This document shows, piece after piece, positions 48,494-62,259 of a stretch of DNA of 64,000 bases. Each line of letters opens with the position of its first letter. The first letter of the stretch is position 1. The notes under the pieces are model-generated. The model saw only the letters and a program-made list of their open reading frames with translations. It had not been told where the DNA came from and did not search any database. Both the position numbers and the translations under genes were made by a program. The DNA is from Octopus sinensis (taxonomy: Eukaryota): the NCBI RefSeq assembly GCF_006345805.1, contig NC_042999.1, positions 34,348,001 to 34,412,000 of the forward strand, written 5' to 3'.

Positions 48494-51400
48494 TACTACT
48501 GAAGACAGCTGAAATACGTCTGTTAATATGGTTGTTGTTGCTGTGCTTGCTTAGTCTGACTTTGGCCTTCACCCAGAAGGATTACATGTAAAAGAGTTCC
48601 AGTCACGTACATTACAACTTCTGTACAGAAAGTCTTTACTGTTATCTACATTATACGATGTTTATTTTTCATTGAGGATGGGTGCGTATAATGTGAAGGA
48701 AACATTCTATTACTACTATCTTACATCCCTCAGCAAGTAACTATATACCTATCTTATTTTCTGTATTTGAAATTTTCCATACACTGGGAGCTGATGTGAA
48801 ATTAAAATATCACATAATCAAACACTTCCATCAAATCCCCCCCCCCAGTGTGAAATCTCAGAATTGGTAGTATAATTATCAGACTAAACTCACATTCACA
48901 ACATTCTCAAAATGTTAAATGAAGAACTAAATTTTCTCTCCAATTCTAGAAAATGCTTAAGTTCTGAATATTTAAAATCAACTGTAAAATATTGGTATGT
49001 ATGGAGTATGTTCGCACGTATGGTAAGTTCCCTCTAAAATATATAAACACATTTCCTTACTATCCAGTAGTTGATAGATGCTTCATTTCTTCTCCGCAAT
49101 TTTTTTGCCTAAGCTAAATTAAGAGCGTTTGTCGCCCTAGACTAGAATGTTCTTTCTCTAATTCATACCGACAAACAAATTCACCAAATGTTGACTATTT
49201 CTTATCTTATAAACCTAAATTGCAGGTACTCAACTTCTTTTACAGATATTTGGAGATATTTAAGTAATATTACCAGTTTCATTCCCTCTAAAAAGTGAAT
49301 CCCGGAGCAATGTTAGAGATTAAGCTTAATGTAGAGGAAAATGAACTAAAAAAAATTATTCGCCCATAGTAAAATGTGGACTGTGGGAGTAAGCCCATCG
49401 CTCCTGTTCATAGCGACATTAGCAGCGCCAACCGATTGTTTACCACTCTTAAATTATCCCCTATCACTGTCAGATTATTGCCGAACGTTATATGTTAATT
49501 TTATAATCTCTGAAAATGACAAGTAATACTTCACTGGAAGGATTAACTGGTAGAAATGGTACACCTATTGGAGCGACCAAAAGTTTAATAATTTAAAATG
49601 AACATATTAATTGTACCTTCCTGAAAAAACCCTGACACACACAAATTTAACCGACTTATACCTTGTATTTGTAGTAAATGCTACAAAACTCACTGGATTT
49701 ACAAGTATGGGATCGTGAGTTCCAATCCCGGAATGGCCAGTATGACGCTTGAGTGGGGCAATTCATTTCAAGTACCTCTCACCTACTAATTTGAAAATTA
49801 GTACTGGTGCAGTTATGTCTAGCGCTTAGGTTCACATCCTTGATGTGCCACTCGGTCAAGAATGGGAGGATGAAGATGTTTCCCAAATTTCTGATTATAT
49901 AGGCAGCTAAAACAATCAGCAACGGCATGGAGCATGCTGCTATATTATACTAGATGTCTTTGGTTTTTGAGACGAGTGTGAATGTATATTGACCTACTAA
50001 TAAACTTTTATACTTATAGAGTGATGCTCATATATAAAAGTTGGGTTTGATACTAACAAATTAACTTTCATACTTAGTATGTGGAACTCATGACTACTGC
50101 GACAGCTATATTTATGATCACTTTGTTAGAACTAAGAATCTGCTTACACATTTCTTGCATGCAATGGCAATTACTCAGGAAATATAACGACAAATTTCTA
50201 TTCTCCCCACAGAGACATCAATCACAGTGATTACAAACTTTCAGAGTATATTCATATCATCTTGTGTTGTAGTTAAATGTTATCGTTTCTATTCGTAAAT
50301 TACATGTAACAAAAAGCATTAAGCTTTCAGATGGTGTTAAATTAATACCTGCATTTCCCTGAACATTTAATATAATACTGTCCAGTCACATTCAGGTCAT
50401 TTACTCTTTAAGATTTAACATTGTTTCAAATAGGGAAACTAACTAACATCGTTTCCGAAAAGTGTTTCTAAACTTTATTCATTAGTTTTATTGTAGGGAA
50501 TATATAACATTTGTGTCATTTATGTTCGTTTACTATTATTTACAATATTCTCTGTGCTATTATAATGTGTCAGATCATTGAATGTATTCTAATGGAGTGA
50601 CGGAAGTGGAGATGATAGTATATGTTGAAAAGTAGATAATTATGAACGATAAAGCCAAAAGTCATTATATTTTGTAATATATTTAAAGGAGTTGAGTCGT
50701 TGTAATCATGGTTTTTCGACGATTCATACTAACGCAATTTCTACTGTTGTTGGTCAACAAATGAAGACTGGCGCATATATAAGCAAATATGAGGGAGAAG
50801 GAACAATCATATTTCAGCAGTAAAAAATTCACCTAATTTTCCTTGTTCTACATCGAGAATAACATTGTCCAATATGTAGTTTCTACTTTTAATAGGAAAG
50901 ACTGTAATAGGAAAGACAGTTAGATGCTGTTTCTAGCATATCTAAGGAAAAAGAAAAGGTAAACTTTAGACTGTTTGTATACCTAACAATAGGAAGAATC
51001 TATATATATATGAACTATACTATAGAATGAGTTTTTCTGGGCTATGTAGATTTTTAGCAACTGATCATGGCAACATAATGTCCTGCCTCTAATTCAAAAT
51101 CCGGAGGTTTGTTTTGAAATTGCTGTAATTCGAGTGAGTTTGACACAGTAAACTATATTGTGGGGTCTAATATGTGTAAAGAAAGAGGATTTTTCATTCT
51201 TCTTAGTCCTTAAAGACTGAATCAAGGGATGCAATATATTTTCTGCGAATCTTTGGCATTTTAATTTCAGAAGTCATTCCATTGCCAGAGTAAGTATTGA
51301 CCAGGAATTTCAAAGAGCTCCAATATCCAATATTGCCGAGCTTCAAAGTTTTAATCGTTTAACATCAAAGATAAGTAAAAAAAAATACGGGCTGGTAATT

Positions 51401-51772
51401 CCCAAGTGAGGAGATTTCTTGGAGTATAATCTTTCCACATAGGTAAAATCTCTACATCGTTTCAAAACCATAATTTATGCTTGGCCAACATTTTAAGTTT
51501 TAAATTTATACCTTCAATATTTGTCGATTCTAGTTTCAACGGGATAACAATTTGTGTATAAGGTTCATAGAATCCATTTATAAAGTATCTTTAGTGTTGA
51601 TAAGTAAATGAAATGTGTCTTCTTCCACGTTTGGTAAATTGTCAAAATTAGGGAATAAGTTTAGATGTCAGTTGATAGAGATACACATGCAAGCGAATCT
51701 CGCATACTCATTCACACACTCGCATACATAAATTATTCTTGCACTATTATTTCAGATTACATACATACATAC

Positions 51773-52322
51773 ATGGTGGCTGCCCCCTCGTTATCGAGTA
51801 TGGCCATTGCACGAAGCTTAATCAATGTTGTTATCGTGAAATGCCTGTGCAAGAAGATTTTTTTTTTAAGTGAGGAAAGGCTGTGCACTGAGTCAATCTC
51901 ACTCACTAAGCAACAGAAGCCATAATCCGAAAAGAAGAACAAGTTAACATCATCGGTAACCACTGAGCCGCAGGTTTTATGTCGGAGTTATCCCAGTTAC
52001 CTGAGTTGCCTTCTCCTAGAAGGATGCCCTGACAAAGGCTAGGAGTCCTACACTCCCAAAGGTTTAACTGCGCGATCGGGTATTCAATCCGATTATTTCT
52101 ATGTCCCCGCGCATGATACAGCTTTAAGACATTTATTGCATGGCTGTTGACTCAAGAGTTCCTCCGCTCTTTGACGGGTTTTGTTTTTCATCCCGCAGGG
52201 TGACCAATACACACCCTCCTCACCAAGCGAGCTTGGTGGGGTCGCCGGTTTAGTCGCCGACGACCATATGCAACAGGTAGTACTGGGTTACATATTACCA
52301 GTAGCTCTCGAAAGTGACCTGA
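51773..52322 (-). mobile_element. Short RTE-derived non-autonomous element (5' leader joined to 3' end) within (TACA)n
   Basis: Minus strand carries CTAGGAGAAGGCAACTC, a motif I recognise from RTE 5' regions, and ends GATAACGAGGGGGCAGCCACCATG followed by (TATG)n; TACA tracts on both sides. Confidence 0.55.
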
Positions 52323-52324
52323 CA

Positions 52325-52358
<34 letters not shown>

Positions 52359-52706
52359 CATACACACACACATACATACATACAAATACACTTATTGTGT
52401 CATCCTATAAGTAATGCCGTTTTTTTATGCTTCTTTTATTTTTCAAAATTAAGATAAAGGAACTGCTTTTTTAGTCTAAAATATATTCTCCTTCATTCTC
52501 TACAATGCTCTTCCATTTACCAGGTAGACCAGGCAAGACCTCTCTTTCAAAATTCACTTTTCTGTGACGAAAATTACTCCTCCACTATTATTCTGACATC
52601 GTCGACAGAATTCCTATTCTTACGTCCAAATGATTTTGAAGAATGCAGAATAAGTGATAATCAGGCTACTAAACCTAGGATTTCGAGTACGATTCCAGCC
52701 ATTAAT

Positions 52707-52806
<100 letters not shown>

Positions 52807-52861
52807 GTGTAGCAGCAGAAAATACCTTAGGAATGAAAACCTAGGTCCGAAATTCCCCCCG

Positions 52862-52907
52862 GACACCTGATGAAAGCTGCAGATTACATCAGCCGAAACG
52901 TTGTGTC
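52862..52907 (+). ncRNA. Minimal type I hammerhead motif with canonical CTGATGA core
   Basis: Stem I GACAC/GTGTC; CTGATGA; stem II GCTG/CAGC with a closing A-C mismatch; GAAA; palindromic AACGTT; GUU triplet. Confidence 0.8.
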
Positions 52908-52988
52908 AACAACAAACAAGATGAGGACAAATATCCGTCAAATGTAAATAACGTACATAATTAATTATCTCTCAAATATATATATATA

Positions 52989-53030
<42 letters not shown>

Positions 53031-54130
53031 TGTGTGTGCGTGCGTGTGTAGCTTTTTCAAAAATTTAATCCGTTGGTACCTACAATTCTAAAACAAATGC
53101 AGCTGAATTTGGGGTAATATACATATAATACATTCTAGCTACATGTCGTGAATGATCCAGGTTTTATTATTAATTGTAGTCGACTCTTATACAAAAATAA
53201 ATATGTGCGCTCACATTTTAGTTAATTTCTTTGTGAAGTTTTAGAAGTTGTTCAACATTATTCCGATGTTATAATTAATGGTAGTCTTAGCTGCGTAGCA
53301 TTGATTGGTGTAAGTGTATTACTAGTATTTTATTTAACATTAGAGTGAAGCGAGTATAAGGGCCATATATTTAATTGGACCAGGATTAAGATGTCCGTTT
53401 GTTATTATTGTCAGTTTGTCGGGATAATGCTGTTTAACAGAATTACTAGGTTGCAGCTTAGTATGACGGATTTGTGAGAAATAGTAAATGGAGTTTATCT
53501 TCATCATGAAAAAATACTATGGTTAAATATGTGACTATATAATTTTATTTGAAACCATTTTATCCGAGAAAGCTTAAAATTGAAAGCAAATCAAATTATA
53601 TATGGAAATTGGAGAATGTTTTCAAAATGAAAAAAATAATTTTAAAAGGAAAAGTAACAGAGATAAACAAACTTATCTATAAAACAGATATCATTATAGA
53701 TTGTGGCTATAAAAAGTGAATATAATCTTCTGATTTACAATTCATTTTAGAAGGTCAAATTGAAATCATAGAAGTAGTTTTTGATGAAAAAGTTTTCGAA
53801 AGTAAATTCATAGAAGTGAACTTAATGAAAATAGTATAAATATACGAAAATAAATAGAATCACAGACAGACGATCTCAAGATTTGTGAAATAAAAAAAAC
53901 CTCACTTTGAAACAGTTGGACTACTCTAGTGAATATAAATTCTGTAAAGAAATTAAACATTGGTGATGATTGTGTCTCTTAAGTAAACTTCTTATGTTAA
54001 GAAGAAGGCGCTGGAGTATATCTACAAACTGGACATCTACGAATTGTACAAAACGAAAATCATGAAAAGTAAATACTCGTGTTGTTCATCCGAAATGTGC
54101 GTGTAGGTGTATGTATGTTTATATATATTT

Positions 54131-54180
<50 letters not shown>

Positions 54181-54564
54181 GTATCTAATCTTCCTAACGT
54201 AGTTCAAGAGATGACAGTTTCGCGCATTTATACTTTCTGTTCAGTCATTTATGTAACATTTTAGACGGTTAACGAACAAGAAAAATATACGCAGTAATGT
54301 TTTATGTTCTATTTCTCTTGCTTATTCTACCTTAGACACACACATACGCACACAAATACAAGCACACAAACGCACACACACACAAGCGCACACACACACA
54401 CAAACGCACGCATGTATACATGTATCATATGCATATACCATGATAAACCGTTTAATCCCTACATATTTTATTCTGTCTCTGTTTTTTCGTTCTCTCCCCA
54501 TTTTTCTCTGTCATCCCTTTCTATCGAAAAGCGTAGGCTCCAAAAGTCAAAGACGTATTCATAT

Positions 54565-54885
54565 AGAGGCTCAGGCCGACGCCTTACGAGTGAATTTGGG
54601 AGACAAGAGCTGAAGAAGTGTGTGGTATACTTACACACACCGATATATCTTTGTGCCTGTATGTATGTATATATGCATGTATGTGTGTGTCTGTGCCTAT
54701 TTGTGTGTGTGCATGTCTTTGTATCTCTTTGTTCAACACCGCCGTTTCACAGCCAGCGTTGTTTTGTTTACTTCCCCGCACCTAGCGCTTCCGCAAAAGG
54801 GTCCGATAAAATAAGTAGAAGGTTTTTCAAAAAATCAGTACTTGGTCTATTCGTTAGACTAAAATTCTTCAAGGTGGTGCCTCAA
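54565..54885 (+). mobile_element. Decayed SINE family 1 copy
   Basis: Colinear with 4340-4610 (GCCTT..GAGTGAATTTGG...CCCCG..CCTAGCG...CCGATA.AATAAGTA). Confidence 0.6.
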
Positions 54886-54965
54886 AATTATCTTAATCTA
54901 ATGATTGATACAAAAATATAAGAGATAAAAGAAATAGACAGACAGACAGATAGATAGATAGATAT

Positions 54966-55015
<50 letters not shown>

Positions 55016-55016
55016 G

Positions 55017-55432
55017 AAAGCTGCGAGCTGGCAGAAACGTTAGCACGCCGAGCGAAATGTGTAGCAGTATTTCGTCTGCCGTTACGTTCTGAGTTCAAAT
55101 TCCGCTGAGGTAGACTTTGCCTTTCATCCTTTCGGTGTCGATAAATTAAGTAGCAGTTACGCACTGGGGTCGATGTAATCGACTTAATCCGTTTGTCTGT
55201 CCATGTTTGTCCCTTCTGTGTTTATCCCCTTGTGGGTAGTAAAGAAATAGGTATTTCGTCTGCCGCTACGTTTTGAGTTCAAATTCCGCCGAGGTCGACT
55301 TTGCCTTTCATCCTTTTGGGGTCGATTAAATAATTACCAGTTACCCACTGGAGTCGATATAATCGGCTTAATCCGTTTGTCTGTCGCTGTTTGTCCCCTT
55401 TGTGCGTATCCCCTTGTGAGCAGTAAAGAAAT

Positions 55433-55435
<3 letters not shown>
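55017..55435 (+). mobile_element. Dimeric SINE family 2 inside a (GATA)n tract
   Basis: Full unit, then restart at TAAAGAAATA|GGTATTTCGTC; (GATA)n at ~54945-55015 and ~55436-55502. Confidence 0.88.
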
Positions 55436-55503
<68 letters not shown>

Positions 55504-55956
55504 GAGAAAGTAAGAAAGAAAATATGAAAGAAGGAAAGAAAGAAAGAAGGAAAGAAGGAAAGAAAGAGAACAGTGATATGAAACCATTTGTAAGGCTCGT
55601 GAAAAGTCCTGGCAAATGATTCTTGCCATATATGTGTACATTGAAACACATAGAAAAATGCAAAATCCTTTCATGATATACATGTGTTTTAAGATTAAAT
55701 CATTAGAAATTTATCTAGTATTTCATAGAAGACGTACACTCAAATCTTTATACATATTGGTTGGCATATTGCAGAAAGAGTGATATTGCTTCAATACTGC
55801 CCCTTAGTTGTTCGCATAACCACGGGTGGGTGGGGTTACGTAACACAAGGAGTTACATTTGAATATGTTGATGTTTCTAATAAAGTATAAGGCTCTATTT
55901 TGTTCATTATGCAATTTCCCTATATGTTAACTCAAATTTTACTTATCGAGATAGCT

Positions 55957-55997
<41 letters not shown>

Positions 55998-56592
55998 GAA
56001 ATCTTATGTATGGAATAGGTCTCCCACTTTATAAACACGTTCAACCAACTAGACATTTCTTCAATTTGTCAAATATCAAGCAAGGTACTAATCTGAATAC
56101 AGATCATGAGTTTCTCATAGTTGCTGAAATGAATGCTGTTGTAGAATCTGAAAATATTTCGGGCGTGGCTCTTTATCCGATACAGAAGAGAGGGAAGGTC
56201 CGGAGAGAAAGAAAAGAGTCCAAAATAACAACACGTTTCGTTACATGGTTGAAGTGACAGGAAGTGAAATGTGTGTGTGTGTGTGTATGTGTGAATGAGT
56301 GTGTGTGTATGTACTGTTAGACATAAACTAATCCAAATATCTTTAGAGAAAATGCTGATATTATTAACAATACTAACATTAATTAATCCATCAAATCGAC
56401 GTCTCTACCGAATGAATGGATATAGAACCTAAAATCATTGTCTCACAAACACGTGTAATACATTTTACACCGTTTTATCAATTTTAGAGAAATATCTCAT
56501 CTGCAAGTATTTAGCACTTAGTCCATTTCTTAGACAACGGATTTGTTTCAACCTGAAATATGGTCATATCATTGAAATAAATATTCATCAGC

Positions 56593-56685
56593 CCTAAACT
56601 AACTTGAGCAATAGAAATTACATTACTTACCTGTGCCTTAAACTAACTTGAGCAATAGCAATTATATTGCTTACTTGTGCTTTAT
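56593..56685. repeat. ~46-bp diverged tandem duplication
   Basis: AAACTAACTTGAGCAATAG.AATTA.ATT.CTTAC.TGTGC.TT occurs twice. Confidence 0.8.
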
Positions 56686-57834
56686 AAGCATGATACTAAA
56701 ACAGTGATGAAAATGTCAGTAAAGCTTTCTACCAAATGGAATACAAATGAGGGATTTGATATTACTTTCAAATGAAAATTAGATCACTGAACGTCAATAT
56801 ACTTTCACTTTCTATACTATGCTTGGACGAGATAAAAAGGAATTCCTATCACGATGCAAATTCAAACTAAGTACGCTACCATGGAGAGGAATCACCCATT
56901 ACATCACAACGGAAGATGTTTTTTTTTTTTAATAGTTTAAATTACTTCTTTCGATTTCTCTGGAATGGAAATATTTACACATGATAGTGGATATATATAT
57001 ATGGGTGCATATGTGTGTGGGTGTACGTTTATATATAACAGTTTCAAGGATATTTGTAGTACCATATGATCGATATGCTACTTCAACTAATCTTAGCTAG
57101 CAGCATAGCTATACTGGCAGGATGACGACAAATATAATCTTGTGTATGAACAAACTCGTGAATGCCATAAGGATGTTGTTTTACAAGTGAAAGTTATAAT
57201 ATCTAGGGTCAAAAACCATGAGGTAATCGATAAAACGCAGCTTGGAAAAAGTAATCTGTGTAAAGAGATTTTGAATATTTTTAGTTTTATTGATTATTGC
57301 GTTGATAGCTAAGTGGTGTTTAGGATAGTTTAACTGGAAAGCGTAAACAATTCATATCATCTTGAAATTTCATTATACATGGATATACAATTTTCTTTAA
57401 AATATTTTCGATGTTGGAAACAAACATCTAAGAGTGGCGAGGATGCATTCAAGAGAAAAATCGAATTATAAACTAAGGTAAATTTGCTATATTTAAGCTG
57501 ATGTAGAATCTTCAAGTGGAAATAATTCATTTAGATTTTCCAAGAGCAGTTGACGTATTTCGTCTCTAATATATTTTAAATTATTTTGGTTTCTGGGAAA
57601 GTTTATTCATATAGCCTGTTTTTGAAGTGCATGAATGTGTGACAGTGGAATGGCAATGTGTATATTCAGTTGATGATAAATGATAAAACCCCCGCAGATC
57701 CGAAGGTGGGCACTCCCAAACTTGCAATACGTAGTATTCATTTTGTGAATTATATAAAGTCGGTTACTAAGTTAAGTAAAAATTTAGAATCACAAAAATT
57801 AATACACAGAAAACGATTGGAGAGGTATAGTTTG

Positions 57835-60800
57835 AGGCAGAGATCTTTCTTTGCTCCGTTTGTGGTAGGTCTTGATACATACGTTTATATCGATTGTTAG
57901 AGTGATATCAAAGACGAGGTATGATTTTTGTCTGAAGTCTTTCAATATGATGTCTGGACTATGTGCATTTATCTTTCTGATGGTTTGAATAGTGAAGTTC
58001 CATAGGAGTGAGATGTGATCATTTTCATGCACTGGAAGTGTTTTGTGTTCCCACCAATTTTTATCATGGGGCAAATCCAGGTTTTTGCAGATTACCCAGT
58101 GAATATATTGTGCAGTTCTATCATGCCAGTTAGATACACTGTAGGCGCAAGAAGACTGCTCATGGAGACAACATGATCAATGGTTTCACTTTGTTGTTGA
58201 CATACACGGTATGTTGGGAAGCTGCCGATCTTTAATATGTTGGCCTGGTAGTTCCTTGTAGGTAGGTATTGGTCTTGGGCTGCTATGATAAACCCTTCTG
58301 TTTTAGATTTTATGCCAGAAGCCATTAGCCATTGATGGGTAAGGGCTTTGTCAACATCGGCATTATTCGCTCTCTTTGGGTATTATCCATTGAGAGGTTT
58401 TTCTTGCCACTTATCAGTCAGAATATCTATGGCAGCAGTTTTAGCACGGGTCTTCATGCGCTTGGCTTTTTCTGCACTAGTTTCTAGTCTGTCTAATTCT
58501 GGAATTTGTTTTATTTGGAATTCACTTAGATATTCCTTTGCTTGTTTTGTTACTGAGTACGATTCTTTCTTGTTTTCATGTTTTGAGACGAGTTTTAACA
58601 TCCAGTCCTCGGAGTTTTTCAGGTAGGTGTCTAGGCCAATTGGGGAAATCTTCATTGTCAATGCCAATCGTAAAAGCCGAAGCCTCCCAGTTTTCTTGGC
58701 AGATAAAGTCTTTCTATATCTGCCTTAGGGTGGTGTATTCTATGCATTGTCAACAGTTTTCGGATTTCTCTGTCAAGATTACATATTTCAGTAATTGACT
58801 AGTTAATGATATTGAAATTGTATGTCACGGCTTGTAAGGCTAAAGCATTGATCGCTTCGATCCTGTTACTTTTTAAGTACGATAACATTCTTTTCTGATC
58901 CTTTCTCTCATCATAGAATGCCTCATTCTGTTCCCTTCAAGTACCCCTAGGTACTTGTAGCTCTCCTCTGGTTCTACCTCTTTTATGATATTCAAATGGT
59001 CATGGTTAATGTTAGATGTTTCTCTCGCATTTCCTTTGATAAAGGTAGCTTTTTCACATTTATCGAGGCCAAATTGCATTCTGATGTCATCACTGAATTG
59101 TTTAACAATCGCTAGTAAGCCCTTGAGTTGTTGGTCATTTTTTGCAAAGAGTTTTAAATCATCCATGTAAATGAGAGGATTTATTTTTTTATCAAACATT
59201 TTATAACAGTACTGTGCATCATTGAGCAATTTTGAGAGAGGTATTAAAGCTAGACAAAAGAGGAGTGGTGATAGTGAATCACCCAGGAAAATGCCACATG
59301 AAATTTTTACATCTCCAGCATTTAGAGATTCATTGCCACTGTTCAAAGTCAGTGTCGTTCTCCATGGTTTCATACTTACAGACAAAAAGACTTCCATTTG
59401 CTTGACTTCCTGAAAGCAGATTTTATATCTTCAACCTTGACACCCTCCTCTAATGAGTCTAAGTCTGTTGATATTCTATCAATCCAAGGGCCTTTTTATT
59501 GTGTGTTTCCTCTTCTGTCCAAATTGTATTCCCAAATTCCTATACTTCTTTTGATGGGACAGACTTTACTGCAACTGGTGTTTTCCCTATCTTCCTCTAC
59601 AACATTTTGAGATTATTTTTGGATATGTTTTTGTCCTTGAAGAATCTAACGCACTTTTCATACCTTGCTATGCGGGTAGCTTTAACAATACCATTTGCCA
59701 TGTGGTTTCTATGGTGGCATCAATGTTAGGTATGGTTTTCATATTATATCTTTTCTTTAATTTTCGGATTTTTGTAGTTTTGGCAGTCTTGTCAAACTTC
59801 AGGTTTTTCAAACATTCTATGTAAGACTTGAGTAGCTGAATATGGTGTTGAATATGCTCTTGCCAAGAAAGCCTTTTGTGGGAATGTTTTCGTTTTCTAA
59901 TCTTTTCACTACATAGAATCGTTGAGATTTTCGCGGATGTATAATAGAGGTGGTTGAGATCTGTGATATCAACATCATTAGCTGATGTTATATCCTTAAG
60001 TGCAAGGCAGAATTTATCAATTATTTTTCAGGTTTTGTTTAGAATTGCGACTTTTTGGGAGAGTAATGTGTTCATTCATAGTGGTTTCTTTAATTTTCAG
60101 CCATTGAATCATGATTTGATTTTTTCGATCATGTGGTTCTGTTGCGTCGATATTTTTGTGATTTTCATCATGTATTTGATTTTCATTTGCCTTAATGTTT
60201 ATGTTTGGTTCAGAGAATATTTTACTTTACCTATCAGTTACTTTTTCAATCATTACTGCGTTTTCACAAGCTCCGGGCTGATCTAAAAGTATTTCCTCTG
60301 TAGTATCTTCTTTAGCTGCAGCTTCGTATGTTTTATCCCCTACTGCTTGTTTAATGTGGTCAATCTCTACTTCTGTTAGTATTTGTTTTTCATAATGTTT
60401 CTTCTGACGTTGGCAAGCTTGTTACTGTCTATATAGGGTCTTAATTCAGGGTGTTTCTGTCTCCAGTTTAAGTAGGTTTCTACAGTATTAGATTTATTTG
60501 TTGGGAAATATATGGCATGGTAGAAGGCTGTAAGAACTTCTTTATTATCTTCCCTAGAACATTTTCATTCTTTTTCTTTTGGTTATTTGATAACGAGCAT
60601 TGACGACCATCTGTTGTAATATTCCGTTGTTGGGTACTTCCAGCTCCTGTGTGTCGGGAAGATTTGAACCAGTAGCTGATTTTTCGTGTCGAATCTGGTT
60701 CAACATTCGAGTACGTGGTCCTTTGTAATCCGGTTGGTGACAATTCCGGTTTGTATTTTGCTTTGTTAACAGTGAGACATGACAAGCTTTGACGTTGACA

Positions 60801-61150
60801 TTAGGGGACCTGATCAGTCTGTTTAGGATTAATTTTATGAAACAACACCGTCTCCGAGATCTCTATATTGCTCGTAACGTAGCTTTTTAAGGCTAACAGA
60901 TCTATATCGCGTACGTGGCCCTTTTTGATCCGGTGGAAAATTAATCTGGTTCGTATTTTGCTTTGTTATCATTGAGGCATAACGAGCTTCGACGTTGACA
61001 TTAGGGGACGGATTTGTCTGTTTAGGGTCAATTTTTGGAGACAACACCGCCACCGAGTTCTCTGCATGTAAACATTGCTCGTAACGTAGATTCTTAACGC
61101 TAACAGATCTATATTCGTCTTTATTTTTTGTTGATATATTTATCTCCGAG
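57835..61150 (-). mobile_element. R4/Dong-clade non-LTR retrotransposon (RT plus restriction-like endonuclease), decayed, with internal deletion
   Basis: GIFLGDSLSPLLFC, YMDDLKL, FGLDKC, YKYLG; TEGFIIAAQDQ; zinc-knuckle remnant RVCQQQSETIDHV; PDIILKD...D. Confidence 0.9.
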
Positions 61151-61394
61151 CATATTTCTTTTGTGGTGTTTTAAAACCTATGAATGGTTCACTCTCTATG
61201 TGTTAGTTCGAGAAATGAAAATAAAAAGAAAAAAGTTTTCTTTTTGTTTTTGCTTCGTTTGTGACACGCGATTTCATATGCGTGTGTGTCCTGTTAATTT
61301 TACGTAGTTGTATAAACGTTGAGTTGCATGTGTAGTCCTATGGGTATCATAATGTATATAAAATAGAATAAAGGGGAATAAGGAAAGGAAATTC

Positions 61395-61717
61395 ACAGTG
61401 ACAATGCTCTTCTCTATACGTGTGACATACCAGTTAAGACAATCTTTTGCACTTCCTACATGGATAGTAATCCAAGGATCATTCTTAAATAATTTCCAGT
61501 TACTTTTTTGATCATTCCAAATGCTCCTATAACCACTGGTATTGTAACTGTCTTGATATGCCACATCTTTCGAATTCGATTACCAAATCTTATATTTCTG
61601 AGCTTATCAAATTCTTTTGCCGAAATTCTTATGGTCACAGTCAATCGATAAACATACTTTATTGTTTTGGTCTTTCACAGCAATATCCGGGTTATTTGCA
61701 TTGATCTGGTCTATACA

Positions 61718-61759
<42 letters not shown>

Positions 61760-62255
61760 ATGTTTGGGCTTTGCTTTGTATTTGTACTCCAAGTCTCATC
61801 CATTGACCTCAAGAGGCAAGTTAGAAGTTCAAGCTGGTGTTAAGATTGAGGTGTCATATATTTTTTTAATTTTGTACAGAGTATTGTTCTCGAGGATGTC
61901 TGTTATATCGATGAGGAGGCATGATTTTTGGCTGAAATCCGTCAATATAATGTTTGGTCTATTTGCATCTCTTTTTCTGTCTTTTTGAACAGAAAAGTTC
62001 CCTTACTATTATTATTATTTTCATATAAATTCAACAGAATAGACTGTTGAGAGAGAAAAGAATCCGAAAATCGGGCTACAACAGGTAACCAAGTACCCTC
62101 TTAAGTATCCCAGATGTTCCTAATGACACTGTTTTCTGGAGCTGTACTAAAATGGGTTTTATGCCTACTTCCGCTATCCATCTGTTCGTATCTTTAGGAA
62201 TGGGATGCATTTTACTCATACTTTCCTAGCTTTTGAATTACAGTCACTGTAATTA
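61395..62255 (-). mobile_element. Three stacked 5'-truncated R4/Dong 3' fragments separated by (TAA)n
   Basis: 61395-61715 (PDIAVKD...KMWHIKTVTIPVVIGAFG), 61759-62000 (NRPNIILTDF..CLLID plus UTR) and 62020-62255 (QLQKTVSLGT..ILKRVL); TAT tracts at 61718-58 and 62007-19. Confidence 0.8.
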
Positions 62256-62259
62256 AAAA

